Positions 1-9,620 of a stretch of DNA of 35,736 nt are shown piece by piece. The notes under the pieces are model-generated. The model was not told the DNA's origin and searched no databases. It worked only from the letters and a program-made list of their open reading frames with translations. A program made the position numbers and the translations under genes. Source of the DNA: Octopus bimaculoides (lineage: Eukaryota); NCBI RefSeq assembly GCF_001194135.2, contig NC_068998.1:28519264-28554999 (forward strand). Reading direction: 5' to 3'. Within the stretch, counting starts at the first letter, position 1. Each line of letters begins with the position of its first letter.

Positions 1-297
1 CATTATCTGTGAAATTCGGCAACTTACAAAGATCTTTAGATCAGGCAATACTTCACCGAGAGGAGATATAAGCTTCTGCTTATTCCTGTCTGAAGTATCG
101 TCCGATACTTCAGACTTATCGTCCGATGAATTTACTTTGTTGACATTCTTCATTGACAGAATTTTTATTCCTTTCAACCTTTCAGTCAAGTCCACCTTTC
201 TTCCAGTAACATACTGTCCATATAATCTTAAATATTTCTTTAACTCAGGCACAGTAAGTACTTCGATAGCTGAATCATCAAGCTGCTTTATATCCAT
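1..297 (-). pseudogene. SAP-domain ORF (N-terminal part, runs off window start), probably the accessory ORF of a DNA transposon; apparent frameshift near position 35
   Basis: Manual translation from ATG at 297: MDIKQLDDSAIEVLTVPELKKYLRLYGQYVTGRKVDLTERLKG... matches the SAP pattern (L-x-V-x-EL-K-x-x-L-x4-5-G-x-K-x-x-L-x-x-RL). Open for 99 codons to the window edge. A shifted frame gives KDLCKLPNFTDN near the edge. Absent from the ORF track because there is no stop in the window. Confidence 0.6.
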
Positions 298-417
298 GAT
301 AAGACGTAAAACAATAACAATGGCGTGGGTTAGCCTCCGGAAGTTTAATTATCTACATGAAGCGCCGCCTAGCCAAGGGAGATAACCTACTTATAGGAAA
401 GCCCTATACCGAGTGGG

Positions 418-834
418 GCGCACAATATATATACACTGACAGGGTGGGCAACCACCCCATGAGCGAATCTAGGATCACTGGACTAGACTAGTTCGTCTAT
501 TAGTCATAGACTCGTCAGCAGTGACTATTCAATTGATCGATAGTTTGACTAAATCGGTCTGTTACCATATAAATTTATGGCTGATTTAGCGAAATACTCT
601 ACGTGAATATTGCAAATCAATATAAACAGCTAGGCACAATATAAGACCATAAAAGAAATTTTTTTTATCGTCACTAATTGTGACTGAGGGTACTGAAGCA
701 CCTATATTACAAGAAATAAGAGTTAGAAACATTAATGCTATAGGAAGCGCACAATACATGTACACTGACAGAAGATATAACCACTCCATGAGCGAATCTA
801 GGATCATTGGACTAGACTAGTTTTATCTATCAGT
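418..834. repeat. Direct repeat pair, ~87 bp (418-504 and 747-834)
   Basis: Both copies begin gcgcacaata and share ccatgagcgaatctaggatca(c/t)tggactagactagtt (1 mismatch in 37 nt). Confidence 0.85.
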
Positions 835-1289
835 TGTATATATTGTCTATATATACAAATTTTGCCATTAATTTATTGACATTGCCAAACTCAAATGCAC
901 AAATTGAACGGTTGTTCAGTAGTATGGGTGTAATCAAATCAAAATTGAAAAACAAAATGCATCTTCCTATGATTAGATCAATATTGTCTATAAAATATGG
1001 CCTGAAAAGATGTGGCAAATGTTGCAAAAACTTTGATATTCCAAAACACATGATTAACAAGATTGGGACCTTGAATGTATGCAGAAGTCAAGACCTAGGC
1101 ACTGCAGCTGAAAATGATCAAATCAGTGAAATTATTTCTCAATGCTGAATATAATTCAAGAAAGATAAAAATTAAGCTTTTTGATCTAATTAGTCTATAG
1201 CATTTTTTTTCTTACTTAACATTTTTTAGCGTTTTGGTATTTTTTCTACTGAAATTTAGCATAAAATTGTGATTTTAAGTTAGCAACTA
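834..1289 (+). mobile_element. hAT-superfamily transposon 3' remnant (C-terminal dimerization domain plus degenerate terminus)
   Basis: ORF 834-1148 contains LLTLPNSNAQIERLFSSMGVIKSKLKNKM, typical of the hAT dimerization motif (LP-x-SNA-x-x-ER-x-FS...K-x-x-RN). tagcaacta at 1281-1289 resembles a decayed tggcaac terminal repeat. Confidence 0.7.
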
Positions 1290-2001
1290 CACACACATAC
1301 ACGCACACACACTTATATCTAAGATCAGAATAAGACTAGATATTCGGTTACAGAAAAATTTTTTTTTATTATTCCATCATTCGGTTGTAACAACATCTAT
1401 TGTTATTACATTATAAATTGCATAACATTTCCATGCGTAAAGATTATGTAATTTATGATGTAAGAATAACATTTTTCATTTCAACCTGATCTCGAATTTT
1501 ATTCTGATCCTGGACATAAATTGTATGGTCTATTCAAATGTATACAATACGAAACAAAAATCGGGAAACGAACGACGTGTAATACTCCTGATTAAAAGTT
1601 GGACATGCCCGGATTTACATGTAGTTCTAAGTAAAGGTTAACTGTTACGATGTCTCATTTCAAAGAACAATTTTTTAATACACACACCCGCAATAATATA
1701 AAGTAATGTAACAGAGAGCGGTTAACTGGCAGTCGTTACGGTAACGGACAGAAGGCCCTTTCATGTTTTTTCAAGCTCTCTGCTCTCTGATTTGAAATCA
1801 GCCTGAGTCAAATTTGTTTTCGATTCTTTCGGGATCGATAGATAATGCACAAGAACAATACTGAGACTGATTCTTCCTCTTTTTATGATATATAGCATGT
1901 CTTGGGTGTAAAATACTCAAGACATGCCGTACATCACAACGGCGTTACTACAATTCGGACAACAGTTGAGTTCCGCCCACTTAATATGTGTGTGCCTATA
2001 T

Positions 2002-2014
2002 ATACATACATACA

Positions 2015-2068
<54 letters not shown>

Positions 2069-2852
2069 NNNNNNNNNNNNNNNNNNNNNNNNNNNNNNNN
2101 NNNNNNNNNNNNNNNNNNNNNNNNNNNNNNNNNNNNNNNNNNNNNNNNNNNNNNNNNNNNNNNNNNNNNNNNNNNNNNNNNNNNNNNNNNNNNNNNNNNN
2201 NNNNNNNNNNNNNNNNNNNNNNNNNNNNNNNNNNNNNNNNNNNNNNNNNNNNNNNNNNNNNNNNNNNNNNNNNNNNNNNNNNNNNNNNNNNNNNNNNNNN
2301 NNNNNNNNNNNNNNNNNNNNNNNNNNNNNNNNNNNNNNNNNNNNNNNNNNNNNNNNNNNNNNNNNNNNNNNNNNNNNNNNNNNNNNNNNNNNNNNNNNNN
2401 NNNNNNNNNNNNNNNNNNNNNNNNNNNNNNNNNNNNNNNNNNNNNNNNNNNNNNNNNNNNNNNNNNNNNNNNNNNNNNNNNNNNNNNNNNNNNNNNNNNN
2501 NNNNNNNNNNNNNNNNNNNNNNNNNNNNNNNNNNNNNNNNNNNNNNNNNNNNNNNNNNNNNNNNNNNNNNNNNNNNNNNNNNNNNNNNNNNNNNNNNNNN
2601 NNNNNNNNNNNNNNNNNNNNNNNNNNNNNNNNNNNNNNNNNNNNNNNNNNNNNNNNNNNNNNNNNNNNNNNNNNNNNNNNNNNNNNNNNNNNNNNNNNNN
2701 NNNNNNNNNNNNNNNNNNNNNNNNNNNNNNNNNNNNNNNNNNNNNNNNNNNNNNNNNNNNNNNNNNNNNNNNNNNNNNNNNNNNNNNNNNNNNNNNNNNN
2801 NNNNNNNNNNNNNNNNNNNNNNNNNNNCGCTCTCACACACACACACACTCTT

Positions 2853-2884
<32 letters not shown>

Positions 2885-3015
2885 TCTCGCTCTCTCTCTC
2901 TCTCACACACACACACACTCTCGATCTCTCTCTCTCACACACACACACACTCTCGCTCTCTCTCTCTCACACACACACACACACTCTCGCTCTCTCTCTC
3001 TCACACACACACACA
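2002..3015. repeat. Microsatellites (TACA)n/(TA)n and compound (CT)n(CA)n flanking assembly gap 2069-2827
   Basis: Directly visible simple repeats on both sides of the N run. Confidence 0.95.
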
Positions 3016-3941
3016 TTCATACATCACAAGTCACGTGCATACATCACACAAAACTTACAGTAAAAATACTCGAATAAAATTATTTAATACATTTAATAAT
3101 AAAATATTAATATTAATTAACTGCACCTGTGGAAAATCCGCGGTTACTTTGAAAATTTTAAGACGAAAATGTATATTTTTCTCAAGCATTTGATTCCTGA
3201 AATTGTGTAAAAGTCTACTCAGGTAGTATTAAAGGTACAATCTCAAGAAATATTTCTGAAAACTATTTTCTTATGTCTTCTACATTATGCGTTATCCATT
3301 ATTTTTCACTTTATGTCATGAAACAGCGTTGACTGTTATTACATTTTCTACTTACGTGTTCTCTTCTTTGAACAAACTCACACTCTTTCTCATTCTTTCT
3401 TTCTCTCTACTTCATCATCACCTGACCGTTCTAGCAACAGACTTCGAGTGTTTTATCCTACGAGATTGTAGAGCGTTAACTGTTCCAACGAAATATGATT
3501 CGAACACATTACTCAAACATTAAGAGCTGTACAGAACATGAATGTTGTTCTGATAATTTCTATGGAGGATATTTACTTTGTCTCCTAATATCAATTCGTA
3601 TTATTTTGAGCCCTAACAACCCAAATTATCTTACAGAGAAAGCTTTCTAGGTATGTGAGGACTAGAATGAGCAACTTCGAAATTAGTCTATTCCTCCAAT
3701 ATGGAGATACATACATAGAAAATACATACATTTTTCGCTTGTTGATAGACTCAGCAAAAGCATTCAAGTGGAATACACACACACACACACACACACACAC
3801 ATGAATACAAGAGTTATACATGAGCCACTTGAAGCATTATCCGCCAGAACAGGTCAAAATGAGAAATATACAGAATAAAGAATTATCTATGGACTGCTGC
3901 AGTTTCGAACATTAACGTTTACTTACGTAACATCCGTGTTC

Positions 3942-4254
3942 TCATATATATATATATATACTTAAGACTTAGTTGTGATCTGAACATAACCGCTTCTGAC
4001 ACAGAGAATCGGGAGCCCTTTTGGGCATTCTATTTTTTTTAGAGGGGTTAGATGATGGCGGTGGTGTTTTCAAAGGGCTGGCATGTGTAACCTGATCACC
4101 TCTGCCGATCAAACTCCCAACCCATGCGCTCCAGTTGCAACAATGATTCTGCCCAAATTTGATGTCGATGTTACTTAGTTTGGTTTGAAATAAGGAACTT
4201 CATTAGCTTAATAATCCCAACTTAATCCCGGGCAAAGCCGGGCTATACTGCTAG
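3942..4254 (+). mobile_element. Non-autonomous Helitron-like element (3' end clear, 5' end uncertain)
   Basis: GC hairpin cccgggc-aaa-gccggg (4227-4242) followed by 8 nt and CTAG (4251-4254) then T, the canonical Helitron 3' signature. Confidence 0.6.
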
Positions 4255-4981
4255 TATATATATAAATCAAAGAAGAGGAATGGAGAGTTGGTACGGTTGC
4301 AAAATTAATTTATTAACATACTGCTAAAATAAAGTAAAATAAAGCCTACGTACGTTTAAATTCCGTCCAATAAATAATTGCATAATTCAAAAGTTGGAAT
4401 AAATCAAATGATAACAATAAAATAGCATTTTGAATGATATTGGGTAGAATTTCATCAGTACTTGAGTATACTGAAAAAAAAGTTACGTGTTTATGGATTG
4501 AATTATATCAACAGACTAAGAATAATTAAGAATTATATATCTTTTATTGTATGTATGTCTATGCTAATAATATAAACAGTAATAAAATAATAATAAAGTT
4601 ATTTAAAAAACTAAAATAAAATATAAAAGAATGATATTAAAAGATGAAGATAAAAATGTAATATAAGGGTAAAAAAATAATAAAAATAAAAACAAATTGT
4701 AATAAATATATAAAATACAGAAAAATAAAAAATATAACCATTATCTACGTAAATTTCTATTGGTTTACATAATCAATGTATATTACTGTCTATTTATTTG
4801 TTATATAATCCTATCGAATCAAATGGTTTGTTTATGTATGTGTGTGTTTAGTTTAAGTTGAATAGGATAGCCGTTAAAAATATGCATTATATACATATCT
4901 ACAGTTCTATATTTAAGAGATGAGGAATTATTAACATTATTTACATTTGACGGTTATTTGTCCTCATCTTGTTTGTTGTTA

Positions 4982-5025
4982 ACACAACGTATCGGCTGAT
5001 ATACCCTCCAGCCTTCGTCAGGTGT
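4982..5025 (-). ncRNA. Type I minimal hammerhead motif with mutated core (GAUA instead of GAAA)
   Basis: acac-CUGACGA-A-ggcug..cagcc-GAUA-CGUU-gugu. Otherwise identical to 6313-6356. Confidence 0.65.
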
Positions 5026-5105
5026 CTTGGGGAAATTTCGAACCTGGGTTCTCATTCCTAGCGATGTTACTATTATTATATTATTATTATTACTATTATT
5101 AATCA

Positions 5106-5178
5106 GGTCGCTGCCGTGAATCGAACTCGGAACCTTGGGGTTAGTAGCCCGCGCTTTTAACCACTACGCCATATGCCC
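5106..5178 (-). other. tRNA-derived Pol III promoter cassette (not a functional tRNA)
   Basis: gggcatatggcgtagtggttaaaagcgcgggctactaaccccaaggttccgagttcgattcacggcagcgacc: A box tggcgtagtgg, B box gagttcgattc, anticodon-like loop ctACTaa. The acceptor stem does not pair. Confidence 0.7.
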
Positions 5179-6226
5179 GTAGGCAATTATGGGGTGAATT
5201 TTAAGGCTTATAAATCTATTATTTTTCTATCCTTCCTCAATATCGGTTCCCATATNNNNNNNNNNNNNNNNNNNNNNNNNNNNNNNNNNNNNNNNNNNNN
5301 NNNNNNNNNNNNNNNNNNNNNNNNNNNNNNNNNNNNNNNNNNNNNNNNNNNNNNNNNNNNNNNNNNNNNNNNNNNNNNNNNNNNNNNNNNNNNNNNNNNN
5401 NNNNNNNNNNNNNNNNNNNNNNNNNNNNNNNNNNNNNNNNNNNNNNNNNNNNNNNNNNNNNNNNNNNNNNNNNNNNNNNNNNNNNNNNNNNNNNNNNNNN
5501 NNNNNNNNNNNNNNNNNNNNNNNNNNNNNNNNNNNNNNNNNNNNNNNNNNNNNNNNNNNNNNNNNNNNNNNNNNNNNNNNNNNNNNNNNNNNNNNNNNNN
5601 NNNNNNNNNNNNNNNNNNNNNNNNNNNNNNNNNNNNNNNNNNNNNNNNNNNNNNNNNNNNNNNNNNNNNNNNNNNNNNNNNNNNNNNNNNNNNNNNNNNN
5701 NNNNNNNNNNNNNNNNNNNNNNNNNNNNNNNNNNNNNNNNNNNNNNNNNNNNNNNNNNNNNNNNNNNNNNNNNNNNNNNNNNNNNNNNNNNNNNNNNNNN
5801 NNNNNNNNNNNNNNNNNNNNNNNNNNNNNNNNNNNNNNNNNNNNNNNNNNNNNNNNNNNNNNNNNNNNNNNNNNNNNNNNNNNNNNNNNNNNNNNNNNNN
5901 NNNNNNNNNNNNNNNNNNNNNNNNNNNNNNNNNNNNNNNNNNNNNNNNNNNNNNNNNNNNNNNNNNNNNNNNNNNNNNNNNNNNNNNNNNNNNNNNNNNN
6001 NNNNNNNNNNNNNNNNNNNNNNNNNNNNNNNNNNNNNNNNNNNNNNNNNNNNNNNNNNNNNNNNNNNNNNNNNNNNNNNNNNNNNNNNNNNNNNNNNNNN
6101 NNNNNNNNNNNNNNNNNNNNNNNNNNNNNNNNNNNNNNNNNNNNNNNNNNNNNNNNNNNNNNNNNNNNNNNNNNNNNNNNNNNNNNNNNNNNNNNNNNNN
6201 NNNNNNNNNNNNNNNNNNNNNNNNNN

Positions 6227-6407
6227 TTAATAATAGTAATAATAATAATAATAATAATATAATAATAGTAACATCGTTAGGAATGAGAACCCAGGTTCGA
6301 AATTTCCCCAAGACACCTGACGAAGGCTGGAGGGTATATCAGCCGAAACGTTGTGTTAACAACAAACAAGATGAGGACAAATATCCGTCAAATGTAAATA
6401 ATGTACA
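6227..6407 (+). mobile_element. Second, inverted copy of the PLE-type tail (copy B; 5' part lost in gap)
   Basis: Reverse complement of 4935-5100: (AAT)n-gtaacatcgttaggaatgagaacccaggttcgaaatttccccaagacacctgacgaagg...gtcaaatgtaaataatg. Confidence 0.8.
6313..6356 (+). ncRNA. Type I minimal hammerhead ribozyme motif, core intact
   Basis: Stem I acac/gugu; core CUGACGA (6317-6323); extra A; stem II ggcug/cagcc; GAAA (6345-6348); palindromic ACGU stem III; predicted cleavage after GUU (6352). Confidence 0.75.
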
Positions 6408-6417
6408 TATATACACT

Positions 6418-6511
6418 CGTGGCATCTTGTGTAAGTGTCTTCTGCTATAGCCTGGGGCTGACCAAAGCCTTGTGAGTGGATTTGGTAGACAGAAACTGAA
6501 AGAGGCCCGTC

Positions 6512-6515
<4 letters not shown>
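6418..6515 (+). mobile_element. Internal fragment of SINE family 1
   Basis: 98 nt identical to 7070-7167, followed by (TA)n. Confidence 0.85.
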
Positions 6516-6579
<64 letters not shown>

Positions 6580-6583
<4 letters not shown>

Positions 6584-7163
6584 GTTATACGTATGTGTAT
6601 GTGTGTGCATGACTATAAAGATATTATGACATGACATTTTGTAATATTTTAAAAATGAAACAAACATAATGATAATTAGTTTTAATATTTCTATAATACT
6701 AATGAAAGTTGATTAAGATTATAAAAATTAGGAGTTATATTATTACTTGTAGATTCATAGTGTAGATAGTGAGAAATTGCGTATTACGCGGCTGCCTAAT
6801 ATAGATTAGGTGTATTACGTCATTAAATTGTTTGCTTAAAGGATCGTCTAGATTATCTATATTGAAGTTTATCCAATTATATAGCAGTTAACAAGGTTAA
6901 TTGATTATTTTAATTAATTCGATTTAAATTATATAAAGATTATTGATTATACGATTGTTTCATTTATAAATTTATTTTACATACAGGTGCAGGAGTGGCT
7001 AGCCGCAGGTGTGGCTGTGTAGCAAGTAGCTTTCTTACCAACCACGTGGTTCCGGGTTCAGCCCCACTGCGTGGCATCTTGTGTAAGTGTCTTCTGCTAT
7101 AGCCTGGGGCTGACCAAAGCCTTGTGAGTGGATTTGGTAGACAGAAACTGAAAGAGGCCCGTC

Positions 7164-7232
<69 letters not shown>

Positions 7233-7960
7233 TGTATTCGTTCCCCCCACGCCATCGCTTGACAACCGATGCTGGTACGTTTATGTCCCCGTAACATACC
7301 GGTTCGGCAAAAGAAACCGATAGAATAAATACTAGGCTTACAAAGAATAAGTCCTGGGGTCGATTTATTCGACTAAAGGCGATGCTCCGGCATGGCCGCA
7401 GTCAAATGACCGAAACAAATAAAAGACGAAAAGAATAGAGATATGATTCCATAATACTACATTATAATTAAGTATCTAATATATATGGTCTATCAGAATT
7501 CCGATAATATATACTTTTGGCTTTTATATAGGAATAATTTATTATCTATATATTTGTATATACACCTTAAAACTAGTAGCGTATATATATGTGTTTATTT
7601 ACATATATCTGTTATATGTATGTGTGTATGTCAGAGTATAAGGATATTATAATGAAATATATTACATGTTTAAAAATTAAATTGATATTAAACAAAAATA
7701 ATAGATAAAATAATAATAATCAATTGTAATATTTTTGTAATATTAATTAAAGTTAATCTAGATTGTTATTATTAAATTCATTGTGCAGAGATGGAATAAT
7801 TGTGTATTTCGTGACTGTATAAAAATATTGTATTACGTTAACAGATTATTTGATATTGAAAGAACAAGTTTATCACTATCGAAGATTGTCTGTTTATATA
7901 GTAATTATATTAATAAATTAATTGTGTTGATTATTACAATTCTATTTATATAAAAATTAT
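6580..7960 (-). repeat. Two diverged AT-rich direct repeats (~6580-6980 and ~7600-7960), probably tandem partial pLTRs of the PLE at 8060-8345
   Basis: Shared blocks atatatctgttata(c/t)gtatgtgt, tgtattacgt, aagtttatc. They lie downstream of the minus-strand GIY-YIG remnant. Confidence 0.55.
6985..7437 (+). mobile_element. Full-length tRNA-derived SINE family 1 with central (TA)n(TG)n
   Basis: Head gtggctgtgtagcaagtagc...ggttccgggttcagccccac (B-box-like ggttcag), body, microsatellite, tail gtcctggggtcgatt...gcatggccgcagtcaaatgaccgaaacaaataaaaga. Other copies at 13087, 27245, 27393-28223, 28818. Confidence 0.85.
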
Positions 7961-8059
7961 AAACTATATGTTTTTACTTATGTTCGTACTTTATTACAAC
8001 ATATTACTTTGCATGTATGTATTTAATATATGGTCTAGCAATATTTAGAGAAACGATAC

Positions 8060-8345
8060 TTAGACGCGTGTACACAAGCTAAAACTTTTTATTCTTAGAA
8101 TTCAATAGCTGATGTCCGGCAGCTAATATTTGGTTTATCTCTTCCACACAAAACTGCCACATCTTATCATCGGTACTCTACGCTTTACCATGATTCAAGC
8201 TTTTCCATTTAATTTTGTAACTCTTAACTCTGTCTTTTATACTCCAAATGAACTTACTAAGACTTGTATTACTAATTTTTAGGCGGTTCCTAAAACTACT
8301 TTAGTAGTTAGCAATTCTTCTCTTTATAAAACATTCTGTTTATCC
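8060..8345 (-). pseudogene. Penelope-like GIY-YIG endonuclease remnant
   Basis: Manual translation: IG*TECFIKRRIANY*SSFRNRLKISNTSLSKFIWSIKDRVKSYKIKWKSLNHGKA*STDDKMWQFCVEEINQILAAGHQLLNSK. Follows the PLE pattern YIG-x-T...SF...T-x-LSK-x-IW-x-LK...I-x-W...C-x-x-C-x-x-E...LLN. Confidence 0.8.
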
Positions 8346-8491
8346 AATATATATANNNNNNNNNNNNNNNNNNNNNNNNNNNNNNNNNNNNNNNNNNNNN
8401 NNNNNNNNNNNNNNNNNNNNNNNNNNNNNNNNNNNNNNNNNNNNNNNNNNNNNNNNNNNNNNNNNNNNNNNNNNNNNNNNNNNNNNNNNNN

Positions 8492-8527
<36 letters not shown>

Positions 8528-8699
8528 TAAGAAATGGAGTCAAAGGCAGGTGTTATTCAAATCTTGATACTTCCGACATATATTTCGAAGTAAAAATTGA
8601 TATCATTCCGGAGGGAATACAATGGTGTAAAACAATGCAATCATCATGTCAGGGAAAAAGAGAAACAAAAGACATCAATCAACCATTTTAACCGCGTAT

Positions 8700-9170
8700 A
8701 TGATGAAGGGGAACGCTGGCAAGTAATTTTTTAAAAAACCGTTAATAGATAAAGGCAACAATACTGGGTTTATTAAATTAGTTTGGTCTCTAAAGGAACG
8801 TTATAAACAACTTGATTTGGAATGGAATATCGTATCTAGATCCTTCCCATATGATAAAGGTAAATCTTTTTGTCCGCTCTGTAACGAAGAACAATTTCTC
8901 ATCCTGTTCTCGGAGAATCCTCTTGTAAACACATTTAAAGAACGCGTTTATCGTTGTAAACATTGGCAAAAACATACCTTTAGTTCTTACAAGCATTCCA
9001 AACATTACCCATTTGTAAACAATTATGACACAGAGTTATAAAACCGACATAAATTTCCCGATTTATTTAAAACCAAACTTGTGTCTCTCGATAAATCAAT
9101 TATGGGTAACTTAGTTTTATCATAACACTTTTAGTATGGCTGGTGGTTACAGTTTAAACAGCTGAATAAT
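8700..9170 (+). pseudogene. Penelope-like GIY-YIG C-terminal remnant (different subfamily) with 3' tail
   Basis: FIKLVWSLKERYKQLDLEWNIVSRSFPYDKGKSFCPLCNEEQFLILFSENPLVNTFKERVYRCKH (includes ORF 8817-9041). The W...W...PY...CxLC-x-EE...LN...C-x-H pattern is typical of PLE endonuclease C-termini. Confidence 0.75.
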
Positions 9171-9189
9171 TGATATTATAAAAGCTAAG

Positions 9190-9325
9190 TATTCCCCGAG
9201 GTCGACTTCGCCTTTCAACCTTTCGGGGTCAAAAAAAGAAGTACCGGTTGAACTCTAGAGTCAATGTGATCAACTTACACCCTCCTTCGAAATTGTTGGC
9301 CTAGTGTCAAAATTTGAAATCAATA
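9190..9325 (+). mobile_element. 5'-truncated SINE family 2
   Basis: gaggtcgacttcgcctttcaacctttcggggtc...gtcaaaatttgaaa matches the body of the copy at 16030-16236. Confidence 0.7.
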
Positions 9326-9620
9326 ATTATAAAAGCCAAGCCGGTAATCTTTTTCTGTTGCTGGTTTCATTGCTTCAGTCACGCTTTAAAAATATGGAAG
9401 AGAAACGGCGACTCTGTTGAAAGGAACTGAAGAGAAAGGAAAGCAAGTACTATAAAGAGAAGTGGATTAATTAGATAAATAGATATGTTTGCTATTGACG
9501 AAGAAAGAAATACCGCAAAAGAGTGTGTGGGAGAGAGGCGGGGTAGAAATTCCTTTATGCTATTGCGATGTAAGGGATAGTTGGGAAATAAAGAGAAGNN
9601 NNNNNNNNTATATATATATA

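Larger units (their letters stand above)
4900..5255 (-). mobile_element. Penelope-like element 3' tail: ORF end + tRNA-derived cassette + (AAT)n + hammerhead + tail (copy A)
   Basis: Minus strand: IWEPILRKDRKIIDL* (5255-5208, resembles PLE ORF C-termini ending IW-x-P-x-L), tRNA-like 5178-5106, (AAT)n ~5100-5070, HHR motif 5025-4982. Inverted copy of the tail at 6227-6403. Confidence 0.65.

Noticed and set aside
586-807. 73-aa hydrophobic ORF
   Set aside because: Overlaps the direct repeat, no recognisable domain; hydrophobicity expected from AT-rich codons.
1896-1926. Short hairpin catgtcttg/caagacatg
   Set aside because: 9-12-bp stem with no associated element features; plausible by chance.
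4740-4780. Very degenerate minus-strand HHR-like string (uugauua...GAAAuuuacGUA)
   Set aside because: Two core mismatches and no stem II in very AT-rich DNA; could be chance.
5106-5178. Functional tRNA-Ser(ACT) gene
   Set aside because: Acceptor and anticodon stems do not pair properly and no oligo-T terminator follows; kept only as a tRNA-derived cassette.
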